Positions 28,495-37,787 of a DNA stretch of 64,000 nucleotides are shown here, piece by piece (within the stretch, counting starts at the first letter, position 1; each line of letters opens with the position of its first letter). The DNA comes from an uncultured virus (IMG/VR IMGVR_UViG_3300037517_002797) (Duplodnaviria > Heunggongvirae > Uroviricota > Caudoviricetes), in the IMG/VR virus record IMGVR_UViG_3300037517_002797; one strand, written 5' to 3'. Made by a program: the position numbers and the translations under genes. A model generated the notes under the pieces. That model did no database searches. It saw only the letters and a program-made list of their open reading frames with translations, and was not told where the DNA came from.

Positions 28495-29186
28495 TGACCA
28501 GTGTCGTATACATCGCTGGATCAAACACAACTGTTGAGGTTTCAACTACAACAAACACTGTTGAGATCAACACAACGAATACCACAACTGAAGTAGTTGT
28601 TTCTAACCTTCAAGGTCCACAAGGTGTGCAAGGTCCAACTGGCTCCGCAGGCGCTACTGGACCAACTGGCGCTCAAGGTACTCAAGGCGCAACTGGTGCA
28701 ACAGGACCAACAGGCGCGGCAAGTACTGTCACTGGCCCAACTGGCCCAACTGGACCACAAGGCAATGCAGGTAGTTCAGGAGCTATAGGAGCAACAGGAG
28801 CAACTGGTGCTGCTGGACCAACTGGCCCTACGGGTGCGGAAGGTGTCACTGGACCAACTGGTCCACAAGGCGAAACTGGCATTACTGGTGACTCAGGCTC
28901 ACAAGGTTTACAAGGACAAGGATTTGATTTTCGAGGTCCATACAGTCCAGGATCAACTTACAATGAGTACTTTGTAGTAACTTACAATGGTTCTGCCTAC
29001 GTCTGCCGCGAAAATGGTGTTGTTAATGTTGTACCAGGCTCTAGCCCAGCTTGGGATTTATTTGCAGAAAAGGGCTCAACTGGTCCTACTGGACCTTCTG
29101 TGACAGGTGCGTCAGGGACATTTACATCTTCAAATGGGAAAACAGTCACAGTTACAAATGGAGTAATTACAAGTATTGTCCCTTGA
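28494..29186 (+). CDS. collagen-like (Gly-X-Y) fibre protein
   Basis: GPT/GAT triplets with AASTVT interruption. Confidence 0.85.
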   Translation: MTSVVYIAGSNTTVEVSTTTNTVEINTTNTTTEVVVSNLQGPQGVQGPTGSAGATGPTGAQGTQGATGATGPTGAASTVTGPTGPTGPQGNAGSSGAIGATGATGAAGPTGPTGAEGVTGPTGPQGETGITGDSGSQGLQGQGFDFRGPYSPGSTYNEYFVVTYNGSAYVCRENGVVNVVPGSSPAWDLFAEKGSTGPTGPSVTGASGTFTSSNGKTVTVTNGVITSIVP

Positions 29187-29234
29187 TCTTCAGCAACTTC
29201 TGAGTCAATTTAGGTTAATACCTGCAGCGGAAAA

Positions 29235-29876
29235 ATGATAACTAACAACAGAGTCTTAATACTTGCTGCTGGAGATGGCTTGCGATGGGGAAACTACCAA
29301 GGCGTCGCTAAGCACTTTATCAATATTGACGGCGAGAAAATCTTGCATCGCACGTGTCGCCAGTTTCTCAGCTACACTGATGACGTGTATGTAGTTGAAA
29401 AGTCCGACGAGTACGTGTATCCAGGAACCAAGCTATTTGTGCCTCCACACGACATCTCCTGGGGAGACTTTGCCAAGTATTGGTCCTCGAGAGAGCTTTG
29501 GTCTTTAGAAAGAACAGTACTTGCATTTGGCGACGTGTACTACACTGATCAAGCCATAGAGAAGATTATGACAACACCGGGCGAGATCATGTGGTTTCTT
29601 CGACACAACCACTCGACAGTTACCGGCGGAAGACCTGAGATCTTTACGCTTGCGTTTGACTCAAGCACACACGCGGTACTTGACCAGCATCTTGAGAGGC
29701 TGATCAAGGGTAAAGTTCCTCCTCCAGGCGGCTGGCGGCTGTACAAAAGTCTTGTCCGTCCGCACTATCAAAACAATAAGATGCATGTTGTTATTGATGA
29801 TGAGACTACCGACTTTGATTTTCCCTACGATCTAGACAATTTTGAGCGTCTAAGACTAGAAAGAAAACAATCGTAA
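29235..29876 (+). CDS. NTP transferase (nucleotidyltransferase) domain protein
   Basis: ILAAGDGLRW, KH...I.GE.IL.R, FGDVYY, DFD.P.D. Confidence 0.75.
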   Translation: MITNNRVLILAAGDGLRWGNYQGVAKHFINIDGEKILHRTCRQFLSYTDDVYVVEKSDEYVYPGTKLFVPPHDISWGDFAKYWSSRELWSLERTVLAFGDVYYTDQAIEKIMTTPGEIMWFLRHNHSTVTGGRPEIFTLAFDSSTHAVLDQHLERLIKGKVPPPGGWRLYKSLVRPHYQNNKMHVVIDDETTDFDFPYDLDNFERLRLERKQS

Positions 29877-29981
29877 AAGCCTTATAAAATAAGGGCCAAA
29901 ACCATATAACCTTAACCTTAATGGTATACAATCTGACTTGTACATTAACAGCAGCAAACCGTTGCTAGATAAGGGTTTCGT

Positions 29982-30680
29982 ATGGCAACTAAGAAGAAAG
30001 AGGTTGCATTCCTCTACGCACGTGTTTCTACGCAAATGCAAGCAAACGATGGCATGTCGTTAGGCGCGCAGGAGCGAGATCTTAAACGAGCAGCCGAACT
30101 TGCTGGATTTACAGATGTAAAAATTCTCCGAGAAGAAGGTCGGTCAGGTAAGTCAATCAAAGGACGACCTGTACTTCGTGACGCACTTGAGAAGTTGGAC
30201 AAAGGCGAGGCGTCTGCGTTGTTTGTGACTAGGATTGATCGCCTTGCTAGATCTACCCAGGACTTTCTTAGCATCGTTGATAGGGCCCATAAAAACGATT
30301 GGCGAATTGTCATGCTTGACCTCAACCTTGACACTGCCAGTTACCAGGGTCGGTTTGTTGTCACAATCATGTCGGCGCTTGCTGAAATGGAACGAGCTAT
30401 CATTGCTGAGCGCCAACGAGATGTCCATAAGGATCGCCGAGAAAAAGGACTTAAGTGGGGAGTAGATCTTGGACCAAAGCGCATGATCTCTGACGAGCTG
30501 TATGAAAAGATCGTAGAGCTTCGCGGACTAGGAATGTCGTACGCAAAAATTGCAAACAAGTTTAATGCTGAAGGTGTACAAACGCCGTTTGAAAAACGCT
30601 GGTACGCTACAACGATAAAGCAGTACATTGACAAAGGCGATAAACAGATTAGGTCAGGGGAGGAAAATCCTCAACCCTGA
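29982..30680 (+). CDS. serine recombinase (resolvase family) with C-terminal HTH
   Basis: YARVST, SG.S...RP.L, RIDRLARS, AEMER..I.ER. Confidence 0.92.
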   Translation: MATKKKEVAFLYARVSTQMQANDGMSLGAQERDLKRAAELAGFTDVKILREEGRSGKSIKGRPVLRDALEKLDKGEASALFVTRIDRLARSTQDFLSIVDRAHKNDWRIVMLDLNLDTASYQGRFVVTIMSALAEMERAIIAERQRDVHKDRREKGLKWGVDLGPKRMISDELYEKIVELRGLGMSYAKIANKFNAEGVQTPFEKRWYATTIKQYIDKGDKQIRSGEENPQP

Positions 30681-30685
30681 CCTAA
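30649..30685. terminator. hairpin at convergent junction
   Basis: TTAGGTCAGGG / CCCTGACCTAA with inner GAGGA/TCCTC. Confidence 0.6.
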
Positions 30686-30741
30686 CCGTTTTGGCTGCCT
30701 CTCTCCCAAGGCGCCAGACCTTATGTACTTAGAAGCTCTTG

Positions 30742-30900
30742 CTAATCGCCCGCGCTATTAATGACGTCGTTTACATACTCTTCTACTGTCATACCTTGCT
30801 CGGCTGCGCGTTTTGTGATCATCTTATAGTCTTTTTTCTTAATAGCTACAACACAAAGTGGCGCACCATTTACAGTGATGTCTACTTTGACTTTTCTCAT
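30742..30900 (-). CDS. small ribbon-helix-helix-like protein (52 aa, absent from ORF track)
   Basis: ATGA coupled to primase stop; VVAI...DYKMI.KRAAEQGMTVEEYV..VI. Confidence 0.5.
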   Translation of the reverse strand: MRKVKVDITVNGAPLCVVAIKKKDYKMITKRAAEQGMTVEEYVNDVINSAGD

Positions 30901-33545
30901 CGGGCAAACCTCTGAACAGTTCCCCAGTCAACCTCGCCGCTTTGAACAACTCGAGGTAGAAGTTGGCGACCAATGATTTGAGCTCTTGAACCGTGGCCAT
31001 CAATTTGAAGACCTCTGTCCGACAGCTTTCGTTGAAACGCAATCTGTGTCATTGCCTTTTCGCCACGCTCTTCGCTCCAAGCTCTGTACACGGCGTATAG
31101 GGACTTTACAGGCGTTGCAGTATTTTCAGCTTCTTTGGTTTCTTCAGTTAAGAAGAATCCAATTCTGTCTTCATTCTTTCTATAAATGTCGGCAGCCTCG
31201 CTTACGGCCTTGCACCAACCTAAGCCATCACGTGCGCTGGAACCAAGCAACTTGATTGCGCCTTCAACCGCCCATGAAAGAACTGCAGGAAGTCCACCTT
31301 CAGGATCAAAGATGTAATGCTTAAGGTCTGGATCTGGGTTTTCAGGAACATTCAACAGTGGCACTGGACGAATACGGCGCCACATTGCATCATCAGTAAT
31401 GATTGGTCTGTGGTTAGTCGTAACCCACAACTTAGCGCGTGATTGAAATGTAAACGGCTTTTCACCAGGTGAACGTGCTGAGATTTCAGATGAACCAGTC
31501 AATTTTTTGATTGAGTTTTCTTTGATACGCTCGCCGTCTGGCAATTCGTCAACCCACACCATGCGACGGCCACGAAGCTCGGCCCAGTGGTAAAGATCAG
31601 AACCATGCGCTTGTCCATCGCCTTGAGCAAGAATGCTTGAGTCAAGTGGCCATGCGTACTGAGATGTTCCCATCGCCTTAACCAAAGCTTCAACCATCGT
31701 GTTCTTACCAGAGCCTGGAGGACCGTAAACCATGAACATAACATCGTATGTTCGCAAACCAGTTAGTGAATAGCCTGCGGCTTTTTGCAACCACTCTTGT
31801 AATTCTTTATCGCCACCAGTAGCAAAGTCAATAAACTGTTCCCAACGCACGTTGCGTATTCCAGGATTGTAAGCAACAGGTGCACGTCGTGTGATGTAAA
31901 GGTCTGGTCGTCCGCGCAATAGCTCACCAGTGCGTAAGTCAACAACTCCGTTTAACACACCAATAAGCGTTTCATCGCTGTCCCAAGACTCAACATCAAT
32001 CAAAATACGCGGGTCAGACGTTGCGCTTTCAATCAAACCATTGATACGCGAGTTTGATTTTGCTTGCTGCGCCCACTTAATAACTTCTGATTGCTTGTCT
32101 GCATCGTCAAGATAATGAACAACCTCACTCGCAACAATTGGCGCAACCTTCTTTGAAAGCTCGCGCATTTCAAGACTTTCAATATCTGGCTTCCAATACC
32201 CACCGTCCCAGTGAAACCAACCAAGTCCTGGTGTGTAGCGAACTGCGGCGCCAAACGAGTCAATCAACCGTCGGCCATTGCCAACGTCTGTAAGCGTTCG
32301 CTTACCAGGCTCGCCACCCTCCTCCTCACCAAGTGCGTCAGGGTCTTTTGGCACATCAATGTTTGACAGGTTACTTGCGTTTGCAAGTGAGTCGCCGTCT
32401 TCAACAGATGATAGTACCGATCCGCCAATCGTGCCAGGTAAGTTTGAAGTTGTAGTTTGAGTCGAGCTTTGTATTGGTTTTTGTTGTGTCTGCGCTGGTG
32501 TCTGTTGCGCTGGCTTTGATGCTGAAGCTCGAGACTCTTCTTGTGACTTGTTCGCCCACTCTTGTAGCCCAGGCCACAAGCGTTCAGTCTTAGGATTGTC
32601 AATAACAAACTGCATTGCACGACGAACGTGCATAAGCAATCCACCAGGGCCTTCAAGTTCTAGTGGTGGACGAACTTTCTCTGCATTGAACCTAATCATC
32701 ATAGTCTCAACTGCAAGTCGTCCTGCTTCAGTGTGAACTGGAAACTTATTTGCAAGCGCGCACGTCATCGAGTAAATGTCAACGGCGCGAGAACCTTCGT
32801 CAATTCCCTCCTCGAGAAGACGATCAACATCGACGCGCTCACCGCCCCACTCAAGTCCTTCAAGAAATCCCCAGTCGCCAGAGCCAAGAGAAGCAGACAT
32901 ATTTTTATTTCTCTTGCGCAAAGTAACAAGCAGCTCTTCTGGCGCTTGTGCTATCTCAATTTCCCACGGCGCCTTGCCCTTAACCCACTCGTAGCACACT
33001 CCCGAAAAGTGACGTGACGGCGCAATCAATACATATCCATTATGCTTGATGTCAATTCCGTTTAGGCCAGATTTTTTAAGGTTGCCGACCAAGTTTTCTG
33101 ACTCTTCGCAACGATAAAACAAGTGGCGCCCACGAGTAGCTTTTCCTCCCATCGTGTACGCGCCAGTGATTGCCTCAACTGTCGGTGGTAACGCGCCTTC
33201 AACGAGTGCTTCAAACTTCTCAAATGAGTCTGGCCCACCAGACCGCGGGTCAATGTCAATTACAAAGAATCCACTTGGGCGGCAGAAAACGCTGACGTTG
33301 CTCTCGCTGCCTTCTGGCCACCAGTTTTGAATAGCAGAAAGTTCACTTGTTGCCTGTGTGTTCCACTCGGGAATGCTTGGGTGTTTGCCGACGTCCTTTG
33401 GTTCAGCGTGGGTTCCACCACAAGTGCATCGGCCGTTGTTGATGCCATAGCATGGCATAACTTTCCAGCCATTTTGGGCGTACCACTGGGCCGCTGGCCC
33501 TAGTCTTCCAGTAGCTGAGTCCCATGCGCTCATCTGGTAAGGCAC
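30897..33545 (-). CDS. bifunctional primase-polymerase fused to D5/P4-type SF3 helicase
   Basis: C.C...H..GKHP, VIDID, GRHLFY, YVLIAPS; TD.GN..R, GPPGSGKNT, DE, TNHRP, AMWRR. Confidence 0.9.
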   Translation of the reverse strand: MPYQMSAWDSATGRLGPAAQWYAQNGWKVMPCYGINNGRCTCGGTHAEPKDVGKHPSIPEWNTQATSELSAIQNWWPEGSESNVSVFCRPSGFFVIDIDPRSGGPDSFEKFEALVEGALPPTVEAITGAYTMGGKATRGRHLFYRCEESENLVGNLKKSGLNGIDIKHNGYVLIAPSRHFSGVCYEWVKGKAPWEIEIAQAPEELLVTLRKRNKNMSASLGSGDWGFLEGLEWGGERVDVDRLLEEGIDEGSRAVDIYSMTCALANKFPVHTEAGRLAVETMMIRFNAEKVRPPLELEGPGGLLMHVRRAMQFVIDNPKTERLWPGLQEWANKSQEESRASASKPAQQTPAQTQQKPIQSSTQTTTSNLPGTIGGSVLSSVEDGDSLANASNLSNIDVPKDPDALGEEEGGEPGKRTLTDVGNGRRLIDSFGAAVRYTPGLGWFHWDGGYWKPDIESLEMRELSKKVAPIVASEVVHYLDDADKQSEVIKWAQQAKSNSRINGLIESATSDPRILIDVESWDSDETLIGVLNGVVDLRTGELLRGRPDLYITRRAPVAYNPGIRNVRWEQFIDFATGGDKELQEWLQKAAGYSLTGLRTYDVMFMVYGPPGSGKNTMVEALVKAMGTSQYAWPLDSSILAQGDGQAHGSDLYHWAELRGRRMVWVDELPDGERIKENSIKKLTGSSEISARSPGEKPFTFQSRAKLWVTTNHRPIITDDAMWRRIRPVPLLNVPENPDPDLKHYIFDPEGGLPAVLSWAVEGAIKLLGSSARDGLGWCKAVSEAADIYRKNEDRIGFFLTEETKEAENTATPVKSLYAVYRAWSEERGEKAMTQIAFQRKLSDRGLQIDGHGSRAQIIGRQLLPRVVQSGEVDWGTVQRFAR

Positions 33546-33817
33546 CTAAATGACTGTAAAGACATCAATAAAAACGTTGTTGGCATTGTGTAGCCTTTGT
33601 GTTGGGAGAGAGCAGATTGTTACTTTATCAAAAATGTTATGCACGCAACTATATCCCAGCCTGGTTGCAAAATGCTGAACAACTTTGAAATCTTTCATAT
33701 GTATTGCTAGAGACATTATCAAATAAATTACAATATTGTCATTAGATATACATAGTACATGTTCCAGTACATGATATAAATTAGATAAGTACATTCACGC
33801 CTGACCACCGGAGAACT

Positions 33818-34069
33818 ATGGGATCGCTATTTGATGACATCAAAAAAGAAAAGTCAACTCGAGGCACGCGCTCACGAATTGCAGAAATACTAGATGAAAT
33901 GAATAAGTCAGATGCTGCCGATCTACTTAAGGCGCTTGATGATCATTCAATTCCTGCTTCAAGTATTTCAAAAGCGTTGAATAAGCGCGGACTTAAGTTA
34001 GCTGTCAACGTAATCAGTCGTTATCGCCGCGGCGAACTTGTAACTAAGGTAAACAATGAGCCTGTCTGA
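33818..34069 (+). CDS. small HTH-like protein
   Basis: GGAG RBS; SISKAL..RG......ISRYRRG. Confidence 0.65.
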   Translation: MGSLFDDIKKEKSTRGTRSRIAEILDEMNKSDAADLLKALDDHSIPASSISKALNKRGLKLAVNVISRYRRGELVTKVNNEPV

Positions 34070-35051
34070 TGATATTCGCAAAGAAGATGAAATAGCCGAG
34101 CTACGAGCCGCGCTTAAGAAAGCACAGCAGACAGCGTATAAGGCTAAAAGGGCCAATGAAATAATCACAGAAGCAGTGTTTAGTGCCGCAAGAGACGCGG
34201 CAATTGCATCTGGTCCAGCTAAACCTTCAGAGATAAAACGAGAAAAAGACTCGCGAAAAACTAAAGCTGAAGTTGCTCTTATTCATGCAACCGACTGGCA
34301 AAACGGAAAACGAAGCATATCGTACGGAATTGGAAAATGCTCTGATCGCATAGAGCAACTGACTAGCAAAGTCATTGAATTGACAACAATCCAACGAGCG
34401 CACCACCCAGTCCGCGAGTGTGTTGTTTTATTTGGTGGTGACATGGTTGAAGGCATTACTATTTTTCCTGGTCAAGCCTGGGAAATAGAAGCTCATTTGT
34501 TTGAACAACTATTTGAAACAGTTCGGATAGAAGAAACTATGATCCGAACACTCGCAGCATTCTTTGACAAAGTTCATGTAGTGTGCGAGTACGGCAACCA
34601 CGGTCGCCTTGGGCGTAAGGGTGAGATGCCAGCAAACGACAACATTGATGCGATTAGCTACAGAATAGCACAAGATAGAACTAAAGATCTCAAGAACGTG
34701 ACGTGGCAAATGTCTCCTGATTGGTACCAAATGGTGGCAATTGGAAACTATAAAGCACTACTCGTTCACGGTGACGAGTGCAAAGGAACATCGAGTATTC
34801 TACGAAAGGCAAATGCCTGGGCCACAGGTGTTATTGAAGAGTTTCAAGATGTCTACATGGGGCACTTCCACACCCCGACTACCATGACTATGGCCAACGC
34901 CGGGCGCGTGTTCATCACTGGATCGCCAGAGTCACACAACGAGTACGCTCGAGAAGTAGTCGCGGCAGTTGGCAAGCCGTCGCAGCGGCTTCACTTTGTT
35001 GACCCAGTAAAAGGCCGCGTTACCGCTGAGTATGTCGTATGGCTTGACTAG
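34056..35051 (+). CDS. calcineurin-like metallophosphoesterase
   Basis: TDWQ.G, GGDMVEG, GNHGR, HGD, GHFH. Confidence 0.85.
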   Translation: MSLSDDIRKEDEIAELRAALKKAQQTAYKAKRANEIITEAVFSAARDAAIASGPAKPSEIKREKDSRKTKAEVALIHATDWQNGKRSISYGIGKCSDRIEQLTSKVIELTTIQRAHHPVRECVVLFGGDMVEGITIFPGQAWEIEAHLFEQLFETVRIEETMIRTLAAFFDKVHVVCEYGNHGRLGRKGEMPANDNIDAISYRIAQDRTKDLKNVTWQMSPDWYQMVAIGNYKALLVHGDECKGTSSILRKANAWATGVIEEFQDVYMGHFHTPTTMTMANAGRVFITGSPESHNEYAREVVAAVGKPSQRLHFVDPVKGRVTAEYVVWLD

Positions 35052-35090
35052 GGATACAATTGCCAAAACGGCAATTGCATCGGAGCCTAT

Positions 35091-35477
35091 ATGGCGAAGT
35101 CAAGGATCAAATCTTCAAAAACGGCGAAAAACCAAGTCTTAATTGACGCACAAGAAGCAATTTACGAACTCATAGAAGACAACCAACATGTAGATCTTTC
35201 TCGCATTGGAATGGTCTGGGCAGGCATTCTTGACCTTGAAGGGCCAATTCCAACATCAGAAGTTGCTGCCATGTTAAGTGCTTATGACCTCGTCAGGGCA
35301 ACGACTATGGTAGATTCTCGCCCACATTGGGTCAATGTTGTTGCTTTTGCGGCACTTGCTGATGCTGCAGACACAGCAGTGGCGGCAGACGTGTCTGAAA
35401 AATCAGAAGCAATTAACGAAGACAAAACACCTACTGCAATTGGGTTTGCGTCATCTTATAAGAATGACAACCAATAG
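35091..35477 (+). CDS. degenerate DUF6378-like protein
   Basis: Aligns by eye with 58720..59001 (RI...W..I...EVA.M.....R...WV....FAA). Confidence 0.5.
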   Translation: MAKSRIKSSKTAKNQVLIDAQEAIYELIEDNQHVDLSRIGMVWAGILDLEGPIPTSEVAAMLSAYDLVRATTMVDSRPHWVNVVAFAALADAADTAVAADVSEKSEAINEDKTPTAIGFASSYKNDNQ

Positions 35478-35552
35478 ACTGTTGGTATTATTCTAAGGTA
35501 GTTTTAAGCACAGAAACGCCTGTGCGCGATTGCGCATGGACTGGAGTTGCAC

Positions 35553-37787
35553 ATGCCTTGGCCAAATGATGTTACAACACGAGTAGTCACTGGAAGCTAT
35601 ACCACTCCGTATGGAAATGCTGCCCGAGGAGTAATTACTTTTACCCCAACTGTGACTGTTGTAGACGCAGAAGATGCCATCATTGTTGCTAGTCCAATTG
35701 CATGTACTCTTGACTCAACTGGCTCTTTTAGCGTAACGCTTCCGTGCACTGATGACACAGACTTAAGCCCGGTTGGTTGGGCCTATCAAGTAAGCGTCAA
35801 CATCTACGGTGTATCTCCGTTTACATTCAACACGTACTTGGTCACAGGTGACGGCTCAGCAGTTGACATCTTTGCAGAAATTATTGATATTCTAAACGCT
35901 GGATCCTATGGCCCAACTGTCTCAACATCACGTGGGTCTATTGGCCCAGTAGGTCCCACAGGACCAACGGGTGCGCCTGGCACTGCATCAAACACTGGTG
36001 CAACGGGTGCAACTGGCGCTACTGGGCCGACAGGACCTACAGGTGCAGCATCAACAGTAACTGGGCCAACTGGACCTGCTGGAACCTCAATAACCATTCT
36101 TGGTTCATATGGGTCACAAGCTGCACTTATCGCAGCGCAGCCAACAGGTAGCGCTGGCCAGGGATACCTGGTAAACGGAGATCTTTATGTTTGGTCAGCA
36201 ACTTCATCTGCCTGGGTAAACGTTGGAAACATCCAAGGTCCTACAGGTTCACAAGGGCCAACAGGAGCAACCGGCGCAGCCTCAACTGTCACTGGACCAA
36301 CAGGCGCGCAAGGGGCTACTGGACCTACTGGAGCAACCGGTGCAGCGAGTACCGTCACTGGACCGACCGGTGCGCAGGGTGCAACTGGTGCAACTGGTGC
36401 AACTGGCGCTGCAAGCACAGTTACTGGACCAACTGGTGCGCAAGGAATTCAAGGAGTAACTGGACCAACTGGTGCAACTGGAGCAACGGGTGCACAGGGA
36501 ATTCAAGGTGCAACCGGTGCAACAGGTGCAACGGGTGCGGCAAGCACTGTCACTGGTCCTACTGGTGCAACTGGTGCGCAAGGAATTCAAGGTGTAACTG
36601 GAGCGACGGGTGCAACCGGTGCAGCAAGCACCGTCACTGGACCAACGGGAGCGACTGGTGCAGCTTCAACTGTCACTGGACCAACAGGTGTTCAAGGAAT
36701 TCAAGGTGTAACGGGACCTACTGGTCCAACTGGTCCAACAGGTGCAACTGGAGCAGCGAGCACAGTCACTGGACCAACAGGAGCAACTGGTGCAGTCGGA
36801 GCAACGGGCGCAACTGGTGCAACGGGAGCAACGGGTGCGGCAAGCACAGTCACTGGACCAACGGGAGCGACGGGAGCAGCGAGCACAGTTACTGGACCAA
36901 CAGGAGCAACTGGAGCAACTGGCGCGCAAGGTGTTACTGGTGCAACTGGAGCAACGGGTACCCAAGGTGTTACGGGACCGACTGGCCCACAAGGTCAATC
37001 GTCTTCGTTCTACGACTACAAGATTAAAACGACTACTACGTCTGGTGACCCAGCGAGTACATTCATTTCTTACAACAACGCTACGCAAACTTCTGCAACG
37101 CAATTACAAATTTCACACATTGACAAAGATGGATATGACATTGACATCTTCCTTGCTCTTATCAAGACTAACGATGTTCTTTACATCCAAGATGCAAACG
37201 ATTCAAACAACTACCAAAAATTCAATGTAACTTCTAACGCTGTTTCACAAACTGGATACGTTGAAGTAGCGGTGTCATTGCTTACAAGCGGTGGAACTGG
37301 AACAACACCAGGTTTTGCAAACAACCATTCAGTTATCTTGGTTTTGATTAACGTTGGTGCAACAGGACCTACTGGGCCTCAAGGTGCAACTGGTCCTACA
37401 GGTGCAGTGGGTGCAGCAAGTACTGTCACTGGACCAACTGGACCGACAGGAGCTGCGAGCACAGTCACTGGACCTACAGGTGCAACGGGTGCGCAAGGAA
37501 TTCAAGGTGTCACTGGACCTACAGGTGCAACTGGTGCAGCGAGCACAGTCACTGGTCCAACTGGTGCGCAGGGTGTTACTGGTCCGACTGGTGCGCAGGG
37601 TGTTACTGGTCCGACTGGTGCAACTGGTGCGGCCTCAACTGTCACAGGTCCAACTGGTGCTACCGGTGCTGCCGGTGCTGCCGGTCCAACTGGACCGACA
37701 GGTGCAGCTTTTATAAATATCGACGGTGGAGATCCGTATACAATATACGGAGGAACCACTGTGATTGATGCAGGAGGAGTAAGCTAA
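35553..37787 (+). CDS. collagen-like fibre/virion protein
   Basis: Ig-like N-terminus, long GPT/GAT/GAQ runs broken by AASTVT, internal globular domain. Confidence 0.85.
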   Translation: MPWPNDVTTRVVTGSYTTPYGNAARGVITFTPTVTVVDAEDAIIVASPIACTLDSTGSFSVTLPCTDDTDLSPVGWAYQVSVNIYGVSPFTFNTYLVTGDGSAVDIFAEIIDILNAGSYGPTVSTSRGSIGPVGPTGPTGAPGTASNTGATGATGATGPTGPTGAASTVTGPTGPAGTSITILGSYGSQAALIAAQPTGSAGQGYLVNGDLYVWSATSSAWVNVGNIQGPTGSQGPTGATGAASTVTGPTGAQGATGPTGATGAASTVTGPTGAQGATGATGATGAASTVTGPTGAQGIQGVTGPTGATGATGAQGIQGATGATGATGAASTVTGPTGATGAQGIQGVTGATGATGAASTVTGPTGATGAASTVTGPTGVQGIQGVTGPTGPTGPTGATGAASTVTGPTGATGAVGATGATGATGATGAASTVTGPTGATGAASTVTGPTGATGATGAQGVTGATGATGTQGVTGPTGPQGQSSSFYDYKIKTTTTSGDPASTFISYNNATQTSATQLQISHIDKDGYDIDIFLALIKTNDVLYIQDANDSNNYQKFNVTSNAVSQTGYVEVAVSLLTSGGTGTTPGFANNHSVILVLINVGATGPTGPQGATGPTGAVGAASTVTGPTGPTGAASTVTGPTGATGAQGIQGVTGPTGATGAASTVTGPTGAQGVTGPTGAQGVTGPTGATGAASTVTGPTGATGAAGAAGPTGPTGAAFINIDGGDPYTIYGGTTVIDAGGVS

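Noticed and set aside
30699..33612. 11-bp inverted repeat CTCTCTCCCAA flanking the primase gene
   Set aside because: Short and low complexity; no target duplication or transposase
33546..33794. 82-aa minus-strand ORF
   Set aside because: AT-rich divergent promoter region; no RBS and atypical composition
36191..37230. Cys/Trp/Asn-rich 278-aa ORF and other alternative-frame ORFs
   Set aside because: Shadow frames of the collagen repeat; no independent start signals
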